From Octopus vulgaris (lineage: Eukaryota), in contig OX597819.1 in the NCBI GenBank assembly GCA_951406725.2, positions 130,014,001 through 130,078,000 of the forward strand: a DNA stretch of 64,000 bases, given 5' to 3'. The position numbers and the translations under genes were made by a program. Each line of letters begins with the position of its first letter. The stretch's first letter is position 1. Of the stretch, positions 45,560 through 59,279 are shown one piece after another. The notes beneath the pieces are model-generated. The model was not told the DNA's origin and made no database searches. It saw nothing but the letters and a program-made list of their open reading frames with translations.

Positions 45560-45800
45560 CGAAACATCTTTTCAACAGTAAGATGGTGGGGGAGGAAACG
45601 CTCGGTTGGCGGACAGCACAATCGCATGCAGGATATTTTCAAGGCCAGTCTAAAGAGCATGAACATGAACACGGGTTCACGGGAAGGTTTTTATAACGAA
45701 ACTTTATTACAAGCAGAGTTTCATGTAAAAAGATGTCTCAACAGCTGAGCAGTTGAGGCGTCGTTTGGCTGAGCAAAAGATTGAAGAAAAAGTGGAAGTT
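45560..45800 (+). mobile_element. RTE-clade LINE remnant
   Basis: GRKRSVGGQHNRMQDIFKASLKSMNM resembles the RTE C-terminal G-R-xx-GGQ-xx-R-x-x-D-x-x-K motif. Confidence 0.55.
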
Positions 45801-45976
45801 CAGAAAGCCAAGATCACCATTTTGGAAAAATCATGATTTGTCAATCACTCTTACAGATATCTATGAGAAATATCGAGGTCATACATAGATACACACGCAC
45901 ACACAAACACACACACACGCATATGTATATATATATATTTACATATGTGTGTGTGTGTGTATACATACATATATAT

Positions 45977-46648
45977 ATTGATTGATTGATTGATTGATTC
46001 TAGTTTCAGCCTATGAGCTGTGGCCATGCTGGGGCACCGTCATTTGGTGTTGCTACTTGGTTTCACTTCATGGAGGCTTTCTAGCAACTGCTATTTGGTG
46101 CATGAGAGAGTTCGATGCAGCTGCCCTCATCTGCCCCTCCTGCCGTGAAGTTGGTTCATCTGGGACACCTGACAGGAAGAGATCCAGCTTCATTTTAAAG
46201 ACATCTGTATCCACCCCATGCAGGTCTCTCAGGTTCTTCGGGAGGATATTGAAGAGCTGTGGGCCTCGGAAACCCAGGCTATCACAGAATCTTGTCCTAC
46301 ATCTTGATGGCAGGTTTGGAGTCCTAGGCACCACGCAGTGGCGCCCAGTTCTGGCATTTGCGTAACTCTCGATGCCAAAGTTCAGGACACTTCCCTCCAG
46401 GATCTTCCAGATGTATATTATGGCATATCTTTCCCGCCTACGCTCCAGGGAATATAATTTTAATCTCTTGAGTATTTCCCAGTAGCTTACATTCTGCATA
46501 GAGGCTATCTTCTTTGTGTAGCTTCGTTGGATCGCCTCAAGTTCTGTGATCAACTTGACACTGGATGGTGACCATAGCTGAGAGCAATAGTCAAAGTGGC
46601 TTAGGACAAGTGTCTTCCAGAGGACCATCATGGTTTCTTGTTCTCTTG

Positions 46649-46652
<4 letters not shown>
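45977..46652 (-). mobile_element. 5'-truncated CR1/L2-group LINE, RT C-terminus plus tail
   Basis: ORF 46068-46631 contains LWKTLVLSHFDYCSQLWSP...LEAIQR...LKLYSLERRR. Short 3' UTR with a stem-loop and an (AATC)n tail. Confidence 0.88.
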
Positions 46653-46680
<28 letters not shown>

Positions 46681-46682
<2 letters not shown>

Positions 46683-46876
46683 TGCAAGGAATCTACTGCT
46701 CGTAGCTTAGGTTTTCCTTGGAGCTAGCCAGATTGGAGCAATCTCAAGGTTAATCAGCCGAAATTGCGAGGATGATCCGTTTCTTGACTGAAGATTAGAG
46801 GCTTCGAATGACCCGTCCGTGTTTTTTGTATCGTCTATTTGGATGCTTTGCGTTCTTGTCCCATTTTGTATTTCAT
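46681..46876. mobile_element. Unclassified short insertion within (TA)n
   Basis: About 195 bp of complex sequence bounded by (TA)n on both sides, like the other mini-elements. No intact ribozyme core seen. Confidence 0.3.
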
Positions 46877-47076
46877 ATATATATATATATATAATTATAT
46901 ATAGGTGAACAAGAGAATCAGGAAATATATAATTTTATCTATAGATTTTCGATTAAAAGACATGGCTCGAGTTAGAGAGGAAAATATATAAAAATAAGTT
47001 AAGTTATTTCTTGTGTGACATTTTCGCTTAAGCTCTTTGCTAAACATTGCGCCAAGAAATAATCTCGCTATATGTA

Positions 47077-47122
<46 letters not shown>

Positions 47123-47441
47123 TTTACAAATATCAAACACATGCATGCACACATACACACGCACACACGCACTCACACACACACACACAAACAAACTAAA
47201 TGGGAAAAATTGTATAATATAGAGAAACAAAGAAAAAAACACCATTAGCAGCATAAAACAATTAAAACAACAACAAAAGAATAATGATAAAAACAAAAGT
47301 AAAACAACAGCGACAAGACCCTTCTTGACATTTCTAATAAAAGTTCGAAGAAATGCAAAAGTCGGCCGAAAGCTGCCGTCAGTTTCTCATCTATTCCTCC
47401 CTCTCTTTCCTACTCTTTTTTCCTCTGTCTCTCCTTCACCC

Positions 47442-47675
47442 CTCTCCCTCTGACTCTCCCCCTGTCTCTCCTACAGTCTTTCTCTTCTCAATTCTCAGTC
47501 CTACTCTCTTTTCCTCTCTCGCTCTTTCCCTCTCCCTCTGACTCTCCCCCTGTCTCTCCTACAGTCTTTCTCTTCTCAATTCTCAGTCCTACTCTCTTTT
47601 CCTCTCTCGCTCTTTCCCTCTCCCTCTGACTCTCCCGCTGTCTCTCCTACAGTCTTTCTCTTCTCCATTCTCAGT
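47442..47675. repeat. 88-bp pyrimidine-rich tandem repeat, about 2.7 units
   Basis: ctctccctctgac recurs at 47442, 47530 and 47618. Confidence 0.9.
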
Positions 47676-48347
47676 CTCTCTCTTTCTTTCGTTCGCTGTT
47701 TTTGCCTTTTCTGTCCGCACCGCTTCCCGCATCCTCATCTTCGCTACTCTTTCCTCTTAGTCTTTTCTGTCTCTCTCCTTTTCTCTTTCACAGTTCTGTT
47801 CTCTTACTTATGTCTCTCTCTCTCTCTCTCTCTTTCCCGTACTCTTTCTTACTTTCTTTCTTTTTCCCTCACCTCTCACACATCACCATTTCTCTTATTT
47901 TTTAAAGATTATTCTATTTACTTTTAGATACCTCTTCATCACCCCTCCAGCCCCTATTCTTCAACCTTTTTCCTCTACATCTTTCTGATCGCTCCGCATA
48001 TGGCTTCATATCCTACGATACCTCTCTTTTTTCCCAAATCTTTCTCTCTCACTCTATTTCGCCCTCTTTTTCCCTCACCATCTCTCTCCATCCGTACACA
48101 TTCACCTCTACCACACATACATATGTCTCCTTCTTCTCCTCCTTACTCTTCTTCACACTTTCAGCATCTCAAACATTATCTTTATTCCCTCTCAACTCAA
48201 TTCGCTCATTTTCTTTCCTTTGCCATTAATTTCCAAGTTTCAACACAAAGACACACAAATATACAATGGTTCAACTAACTAAACTAAAAAATAATGTCAG
48301 CATTTAGTCTTCGTTGAATATAAAAATGACTGATTTAAAAACAAACT

Positions 48348-48371
48348 CTATTATCATTATTATTATCATCA

Positions 48372-48456
<85 letters not shown>

Positions 48457-48483
48457 CATTATTATTATTATTATTATTATCAC

Positions 48484-48558
<75 letters not shown>

Positions 48559-48589
48559 CATTATTATTATTATTATTATTATCATTATT

Positions 48590-48643
<54 letters not shown>

Positions 48644-48654
48644 ATTATTATCAC

Positions 48655-48708
<54 letters not shown>

Positions 48709-48710
48709 CA

Positions 48711-48744
<34 letters not shown>

Positions 48745-48837
48745 CATTATTATTATTATTATTATTATCATTATTATTATTATTATTATTATTATTTTAA
48801 TTATTATTATTATTATTATTATTAATATTATTATCAC

Positions 48838-48882
<45 letters not shown>

Positions 48883-48905
48883 CATCACTATTATTATTAT
48901 TATTA

Positions 48906-48983
<78 letters not shown>
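48348..48983. repeat. (ATT)n microsatellite of about 630 bp with higher-order interruptions
   Basis: Direct reading. An (ATATT)n tract follows at about 49705-49930. Confidence 0.95.
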
Positions 48984-49143
48984 TGCTGAAGTTGTTATTT
49001 ATACTGGCATTTGTTTCCATAATTAAATAGACTGAGACCACCAGAGCGAAAAAAACAGAAACGAGGCATTACGGTTTCCGGGTAAAGCGCGCAGCAGAAA
49101 ACTAACATGTATATTTATATGTGCGTACACTTAAACACGCACA

Positions 49144-49224
<81 letters not shown>

Positions 49225-49600
49225 ATATATATATGTATGTGTATATGTATGTATTCGTGCGTATGTGCGCTGGTAGGGTATTTTATTATTGGCACTTGTT
49301 TATCAGCTTTTGTCTTTCATTTTATGTTATGCATACGGATGTTATCTAGTCGAAGATGATTCTTTGTGTAATTTCATTATTATTAGAGGTTCAACTTCTA
49401 TAGGATGTTAGTGACGGAAGTATTCCTAGATAGACTTGTGCTCGTGATACACTTATATTAGTACACTTGTGAATAATGTAGTTCCCCCTCGCATCCCACG
49501 CGATTCATAGGATTTAAGTTGACAGAAACAGTGTTTGTGTGCACGCATGCGCATAAACACATACATGCATAATACGTATTTACAATCATACTATATGTAA

Positions 49601-49659
<59 letters not shown>

Positions 49660-49660
49660 C

Positions 49661-49709
<49 letters not shown>

Positions 49710-50129
49710 TATCTTATATATATTATATCATATTATATTTATATTATATTATATTATATTATATTATATTATATTATATTATATTATATATTATATTATA
49801 TTATATTATATTATATATTATATTATATTATATTATATTATATTATATATTATATTATATTATATATTATATTATATTATATTATATTATATTATATTAT
49901 ATTGTATATATTATATTATACTATATTATATGTATGTGTATATTATTCTTGAAAGACTATAGTGTTGACTGTGAATTCAAAGTTTCTGGCTGCTTAGCCT
50001 TCATCGGGTGGTCTATTGAAGGTTAAGAAGAACGGAACTTCGAAGTTACTTTTAATACTTTTCTTGTTAAAAGAAATATAAATATGTACTCTTCAGAAGT
50101 ATTGAACTTAAAATTTAATTTTATTATAA

Positions 50130-50176
<47 letters not shown>

Positions 50177-50472
50177 TATGCATATATGTGTATGTGTCTT
50201 TGTGTATATATGTATTTTTTGTATGAGTGCCCACAGGTATGTGTGTTTCTCTCTTCAGCAGCCAAGTTGACATAGACGTATACAAAACAAAAAAAATATA
50301 GAAAAATACATTGTTAGGCGTAGGTAACTTGTTAAATCAGACATAACTGAGCTAAGAGAAATAACACTGAATGGCCTGTGGTATGAATATGAACAACATA
50401 GACAAAGAAAGCTATGTCTAATACCATACAACATAAATACTTGATCTATTAAATCTATCTCTGTCTCTAGAG

Positions 50473-50678
50473 CAGGGGTCAGGGAACAATTTTTAACTAA
50501 TTACCTCAAAATATATTTATTTGCGTCGACTTTACCCCCTTGATTCGAATGGAAGAAAAGGATGGATAACAGGAACACATTTTTTTATATAATTTTACTT
50601 ATGTCTCATGAGTCCTCATTACCCCCAAGAATTTCATTTTTTACTCCATTTGGGGTAATTTACCCCGGTTAGCCGATG
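50473..50678. mobile_element. hAT (Charlie-type) MITE
   Basis: Starts CAGGGGT. 8-bp TSD ctctagag/gtctagag fits the NTCTAGAN consensus. The right TIR is decayed. Confidence 0.6.
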
Positions 50679-51843
50679 GTCTAGAGAATATCACAAGGAA
50701 GGGAGATAATCTCGGATTCAAAGTTTCTCTAAACGTAACCTACATTTAAGAAAAGGGACAGGCTTACTACCCGGAGATGCAGCCAGATACACACGTACAT
50801 ACACACGTACATACATACATACGTACATACGCACATATATACATACATACATACATACATACATACATACATACACGCACATACATACATACATACATAC
50901 ATACATACATACATACATACATGCATACATACATACATACATGCATACATGCATACATACATGCATACATACATACATACATGCATTCATACATACATAC
51001 GTACATGCATGCATACATAAATGCACGCATGCATACATAAATACATACATACATACATACATACATACATACATACATACATACATACATACATACATAC
51101 ATACATACCTACATGCATAGGTGCTCGACAGTAGGAAAAAGTCCCAGCCAAAGGCAAATCAGAATGTATAGCATAAGCCTTTACTGTAAGGCACATATCT
51201 ATCCACTTTGCCCAGCAGCTTGAGTTCTATACAAAGTAAGGTTTGCCCTTAAAATATATATTTTAACTAAGAATGCATGATGAAGTATGTGAGTGTGTGT
51301 GTGAATAAATGCATGATGCCGAGTATATGTGTATATGAACGTACGTGTGTGTGTGTGTGTGTGCGCGCGCCTGTGTGTGTTCAAATACAAATACATTTAA
51401 CTTATTATCGAACGAGAGAAATTGGACTCAATACAAGGCGTAAATACACATATGTGGTGTACGCACGTACAGAAATATAAGGAGCATATCTTTGTACACA
51501 CACTCATGTATACGCACAAACACACACACATACAGACACACACATGTGGGGAGAATACGGGTAAAGAGAGGGACGAGGAAGGGAGAGGGCAGAGGAAATT
51601 AAGAAGAAAAACTGAGTGAGGTGAGATGGATATTGATAGACAAATAGATTAATAGACTGATAAAGGCGAGTCTCCGCACACATACACATCCAAGCTTACA
51701 TACATACATACATACATTATATATATATCCATAGACATGTATATGTATATGTACACACACACACACACATACACATATATATATATTTAAATATAGACAT
51801 GTATATATGTGTATATATCTATAAATATATATGTGTATATATG

Positions 51844-51894
<51 letters not shown>

Positions 51895-51913
51895 ATAGAA
51901 ATATACATATATA

Positions 51914-51971
<58 letters not shown>

Positions 51972-51985
51972 ATACATACACACAT

Positions 51986-52158
<173 letters not shown>

Positions 52159-52810
52159 AATATATATATATATATATGCATGTGCGTATTTAGGTAATAT
52201 GCAAGCGTGTGTAGGCATATATGTAATGTATCCATGTATGAAATCTGCAGCAAATCTGGTTAGTTTCTGGCACGGACAACACACAGATCCACGTTGATAA
52301 TGACATAACGGCCACTGACCGCACAGCCTATTAATTTTCTTCCGTCCGATATACGCTGTCCAGCGGCTGACGGAATCGGCTTTCACGTAATTAGATGTCA
52401 AAGCTGACTCTGTAACGTGCACGAGATTCAATCATACACATACACCATAGATAAACATACACTTGTATGCGTGTGTATACACATTTATATATATATGTAT
52501 ATATGTATGTGTGTGCATGTGTGCGTGCGTGTACGTGTGTGTAGGTATATATCTATCTATATATATATAAATACACATCTATATATACTTCTACACACAT
52601 AAGTACACAAACACGCACACACACACATATATATTTTACATACATCTATGTATGCACGTATATATGTATGTATGTATGTATGTACATAGATCTGTGTTCA
52701 TTAGCATCTAAGATAATTTATCACTTTTCTTCTAGGATACGTCCACATCCATATATATATAGGTAGATACATATCTATCTTTATATGTACACAACCGTAC
52801 GCACATACGT

Positions 52811-52869
<59 letters not shown>

Positions 52870-53543
52870 GAAGGCCTTTTATTCTATTGAATAAGAAGTA
52901 TAAACACATAGTAACATACGCACCTGCATAATTGTATAACTAAATATACACATGCATAAATGTATACATTCATATTTACAAACCTTATTCCTACATGTGC
53001 ATTTGCAAAGTATTTATAGCACCACATGACGATACACTGACAGAAATGCTTATACAAAACCCGATCACAGCTATGCAAACTGAGATATGTTTCATCCCCC
53101 ATTCGATTATGCACCACAGTAGAGGAATAAACGATAAAGTATATATATATATATATATATATGTGTATATATACATATACGAACATACATATATACATAC
53201 ATATACATATATATTCATATATATATATATATATATATAAGCATATATATACACAATTATGGATACATACGTATATATACATACATATATATTTCTGTAT
53301 ATATATATATACATACATGATTTTATATATATATATATATATGTATATGTATACATGTGTATATTTATATTTATATGTATATATATATATGCATTGTTAT
53401 AATGTTGCATGTTTGTATGCATGTATGTAGCAATCTCTACATGTACGTATGTATATATATATATGTGTGCATGTATCATGTATATAAATATCTACATGCA
53501 AATATACGTGTATATGTCAATATATACATACATACATGCATAC

Positions 53544-53590
<47 letters not shown>

Positions 53591-54337
53591 TGCAATCACA
53601 CGCGTGCAAAAACACATATAAGTTAGTGACCAGACACGTATACATAATGCTCACAGGTAAACATGAATTATATGGGATGTAAAGATGGACAGCTACAAAG
53701 AAACGTTGCTTGCTTACACGTTATTTCTAAGCAAATTACAGAAAGCGGAAGGCGAATGGCGGAAGGTAGTAGGTGGGGGAACGGAAGCAGACCGCAAAAA
53801 TCCGCCATCTTGACCTTGTGTTGCATGGACATGAATATATGGAGTTCGTCAGTTAAATGCTGACATCTTGTATTAGCTACGGTCTTTTGGACATTTGTAA
53901 CTGGAGGAGAGGACATTTATGATGGAAAAGTGGCAAGAGTGGGAGTGAAAGGGAGAAAGGAAAGATAAATTGAGAGAGGGTGAAGAAATAAGGAATGGTT
54001 AGCAGACAGAAAGAAATCACTTTATTTTCAAGGCATTGCGCGGGTAGAATCTGATTGCAACATGACTTTCGCAACTTCGTGACAGTTCTTAAACCATTTC
54101 CTATCCATTCCCTTACTTTCTTTTTCCATTTTGTTCTTATCTTCTTTCGTTCAGTGTTTACCATTCTTTATTTTTTTCTTTCTTTTATTTACTTTAACTT
54201 TCTTTTGCTATAACATCCTTTTTAATGTTTCTAGTTATTTTTTTGTTTCTGTATTTCCCTGCTTTTATATATTTTTTCCTATGTTTAAGCATTTATATAT
54301 CATTATAACTTATTATCTCTAATTTTCTCTTTAGCTA

Positions 54338-54610
<273 letters not shown>

Positions 54611-54760
54611 TTAGCCGATGGTCAGAGCGGGGCTATGAGAAATAATCGACAAATTTAAACGTATAGTTCGTTAAATTAGTCAATAATACGCTCTAATGGT
54701 TGGTCAAACTCGTAAATGATTTGGTCAATTTAATCAAATGATTTGCCAAGTCAGTTTATC

Positions 54761-54854
<94 letters not shown>

Positions 54855-54988
54855 CATCTAGCTAGCTAGCTAGCTATCTATCCATCATCTATCTATCTAT
54901 CTACACATACACACGCACAGGCACACACACGCACACACACATGTGTACACGCAAATTCAGAAATATACAAATATTTATATTTGTATGA

Positions 54989-55028
<40 letters not shown>

Positions 55029-55595
55029 GTGTGTGTGTATGTGTCTGTGCATGTCTATGTACTCATGAATGTGTAAATATATGCACTTATACAAGTATAC
55101 ATACATGAATGCATACATATATATTCATATGTATACACACATGCACACACAGAGTTACACAAACACACACACACATGCAGATATATACATGTATGTGTGT
55201 GCCTGTGCGTTCATGCGTGCGTGGGTATTTGTGTGTGTGTGTGTGTGTGTGTGTGTCCATGTATATATTCGGATTTCGTTTAGCCATAGGAATGCTAATA
55301 ACTAGATGGTAGTCCCAATAAATATTTTCTTTTGAATAAAGAGATTAAGCGAGTATATATGAATATATATGTGCTTAGAGGTATATGAAGAAATGAAATA
55401 AATATTTACTAATAATGATTTATTGCACTTTAGGTATATTTAATAATCCAATTAATTATCAGCATCCCGTTAATTACTTAAAATTTCGTCGATGCATTTT
55501 TACCTCTTCATTCACAAAAACGTATTTGTTGCATGGGAGTAATTATGTGTGTGTGTGAATGTGCGTGAGTATGAGCGCATATATATATATATATA

Positions 55596-55965
55596 TATAT
55601 ATAATATAAACGGCAGTTTGTCTGTGTGTGTTTCTGTGTGTCTGTCAGGTTGTACCCTCACCCTGACCACGGCTTTCAACCGATTCTGATGAAACTTGAC
55701 ACACACAAAGCCCAATGTCATAATTCAAAACTAACGCAGAGAAAATTTTGAAAAGTTCCCCCAGTTCTGAAAAAAATCGATAAATTCGACATGGGGTCGA
55801 GAATTAGAAACACAAACCACAGACTGTCTAGGGGACGCAACTCGACCATTTTAACTAAAAAAAAATTTACCATCATTTTTTTCCCATTTTTTGGCTATAA
55901 CTCTCTAAAAATGCTTTATAGTTATTTCCCTTACAAACCCGAGCAACGCCGGGCGATGCTGCTAG
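55596..55965 (+). mobile_element. Non-autonomous Helitron with the same 3' end and a different 5' body
   Basis: The last ~70 nt are nearly identical to 28735-28802, ending CTAG|T. The 5' end is obscured by (TA)n. Confidence 0.8.
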
Positions 55966-56598
55966 TATATATATATGCATAAGACATTTTTGTTTGTTGC
56001 TCAAGCCTAATGTAGCTAACATAAGTAGTTCATATAATATGGATTAGAATAATATACATTAATATAATCGGTGTTCAATTCCTGTAGGTTACTATATCCA
56101 TTTTTTTCTTTCCTGTAACCTTTTTGTTTTATCTAATTTATCATGAACTATTATTTTTAGCAGTATTAGCAATTAAGGATTTCCGGAAAAAATTCAAATT
56201 TCTTAAACCTCGAAATTTAAATCGTAAAACAAGCATGCGTATAAACGTGAGTAAGCGTATGGACACGCGAGTGTGTAAGTGTCTGCGTACACAGAAGCAC
56301 ATGGTGTAAATATGAATATAGGTTTGTATATATGCATATATCTGTCTGGTACATATATATATATATATACACACTCACACACACATAGATGTTTCTTCTT
56401 GCCAAAAACCAAGCAAAAAAATCCCAACCAGACATTTTGTTTCAAATAACTCATATCTAAAAGCTATGACTTGTCTATAAAAATTAATTCATGATGAATC
56501 TCCGAAAGGGACGAAAGCGCTAATTAATTCATTCTTATCGAAGTATTGGCTCCGTCCTTTTCCTTAATAATATAAAAGCTGTACGCCACCTCAAACAA

Positions 56599-56696
<98 letters not shown>

Positions 56697-56848
56697 TTGA
56701 AGTAGATAAATGAATTATCTTATTACGGATAATTCAAATGATAACCGATACCTGGGTAGCAAAAATCACAACAGAAAAAGCACGGTTGAAGTTACGACCA
56801 TGGGGCATAAAAACCGTGCCTTAGTGCGGAAATTTGAAGTTTTATATA

Positions 56849-57121
56849 TTAAGTGTAGGAAGAAATGGAGGTGAACGAAGATTTAACAAAATTCCTTTTT
56901 ATTATTTTCTACATATGTTTCAAAGGCTGCAAAGTCCCTAATTCGGATTGAATAAGGAGTCCATTTTGCAGCCTTCTCTTCAGGAAAATCCAGGAACTTA
57001 ATTCTCCAACAAAATGCACAACAAGCTTTTCGACAAACGCTCACGAGGAGCCCATGAAATAAATGACACGAACTGTCTATCTATATGCGTTGACGTCAGC
57101 TCCATTTCTTCCTACACTTAA
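56849..57121 (-). mobile_element. Penelope-type (pLTR-like) mini-element carrying a hammerhead, in (TA)n
   Basis: Perfect 22-bp inverted ends (56849-56870 and 57100-57121), TA repeats on both sides, and an internal hammerhead followed by AATAAA on the minus strand. Confidence 0.6.
56904..56989 (-). ncRNA. Predicted type I hammerhead ribozyme
   Basis: Minus strand: attttc-CTGAAGA-gaaggctgcaaa-(31 nt)-tttgcagccttt-GAAA-catatg-TA-gaaaat. Stem I is 6 bp, stem II is 12 bp (closed by G-U), stem III is the palindrome ACATATGT, and the cleavage triplet is GUA. Confidence 0.75.
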
Positions 57122-57160
57122 TATATATATACATATATATATATATGTCTGTGTGTGTGT

Positions 57161-57490
57161 GTGTCTTGGGAGAGTCATTCTCTTTTTGTGCCTTATTATT
57201 TAACACACTCACCGGTAAAATTTCCACTCATTTATTTATTTATTTATCGTAAAATTTTCGTTGCGTCTTACAACTTTTTCAATAGTCATTGAGTCAACAA
57301 ATGTTGACAAGATTGCAAGGCAAAACGAAAATTTTAGGAAAATAGATAAGGAAAAGAGCGGAAACTTTACCGGTGAGTGTGTTAAATAATAAGGCACTAA
57401 AAGAGAATGATTCTCGCCAGGCACAACAAAATATGCTCCAACACACGAACTCACATAAAGAATCTTGCAAACCAAATCCAAGAACGAATT
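57161..57490. mobile_element. Foldback mini-element, probably an inverted Penelope pLTR pair
   Basis: Arms at about 57161-57277 and 57308-57424 are inverted copies with a perfect 32-bp core (57188-57219 vs 57366-57397). Decayed hammerhead-like GAAA-attt-TA motifs lie near the centre. Confidence 0.55.
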
Positions 57491-57653
57491 ATATATAAAC
57501 ACATATACATATATACATATACATATATATATACACAGACATACACAAATACACACACACATAAATATACATATACATACATATATATATATATCTATAT
57601 ATATATATATATATGCATACACACATATATATATATATATCTGTGTGTGTGTC

Positions 57654-57696
<43 letters not shown>

Positions 57697-58113
57697 CTGT
57701 GTGTGTGTGAGCCTGCGTGCGAGCGTAAATATGAAATTGGATTTGAGTGAAAGCCGGAACGAAACAGAAAATTCTAATAAACAAGCAAAGAAGAGTTTAT
57801 TTTTCAAAGAAGATTGTAGATTTGCAAAAAAAGAAGAAGATAAAAATCTACACCTTTCACAAGAAAGAGGATATTCATTGCAACCAGGAAATTAGTATTA
57901 GTACAAACAAGGGTGTATAATATAAATATACACTGTAAATTTACGGCCAGTACGGGTGACTATAGTGCAGACATAACTTATAAATATATTGGCTTTATTT
58001 CCTCAACTTTCTAACTATCGAACGCATAGGCAGAGTACATCAGACGTATTCCTCGGACACATGCTCAAACTAAGGTTAACACACAACAGCAAAAATATAC
58101 ACGCACATACACA

Positions 58114-58148
<35 letters not shown>

Positions 58149-58186
58149 TCATGGATATATGACATATATATATATATATATGTATA

Positions 58187-58227
<41 letters not shown>

Positions 58228-58667
58228 TATGTATATCTGTGGGTACATATATTCATAAAAATATGTATGTATATATGTGTGTATAAATATGTATGTATGT
58301 ATATGTGCGCATGGAAAGAGACAAGTAGCATACTCAATTCAAGCTGTAGGTTACATTGTTTGTTTAAACCGAAATTTTTCTGTTGACTTGAGTTTCAACG
58401 CATAGCGATCATCAGGCGACCGTATATATATGTGAATGTGTGCGCGCGTGTGTGTGCCTGCGTATAGCCTCAGCAGGGTGCCGGTGGGTGTAACTGCTCT
58501 CTGAGATATCTGGATTTGGTATGGAACCAACTAATTGCCACATGATACTTAACAATGAGGGTAGGATCATTGATAACAGATACAGTTAAATGCACCGAGG
58601 AACACATACACAAACAAACAAAATTACAACACGTATGCAAATTGGTGGAAATACATACTTTTCGTCT

Positions 58668-58761
<94 letters not shown>

Positions 58762-58782
58762 TGTCATATATATCTATATCTG

Positions 58783-58857
<75 letters not shown>

Positions 58858-58890
58858 GTCTGTCTGTCTGTCTGTCTATCTGTCTCTCCC

Positions 58891-58954
<64 letters not shown>

Positions 58955-59201
58955 CATACATACATATAAATATATATACTTTATGTGTATGTCTATGCAT
59001 GTATGTATGTATGCGTGTAGGTAGGTATATTTGTCTGTATGTATCCAATGTAGGAACTGCCAGTAAAATGGAAGACAGCGAGTGTGATATACAGAAGGGA
59101 AAAAAAAAAGAAATTTATAAAATATTTTTCTCAGTCACTTGAAATTTTGCAACCCGTTACTCCGAATAACGATCTCTGAAGTTCTGAAGTCCCAGCATGC
59201 A

Positions 59202-59275
<74 letters not shown>

Positions 59276-59279
<4 letters not shown>

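Noticed and set aside
50050-50105. Other CTGANGA matches (minus strand near 50090, 62297, 38860, 36624; plus strand near 7298, 34505)
   Set aside because: No GAAA at a suitable distance, or the stems do not pair.
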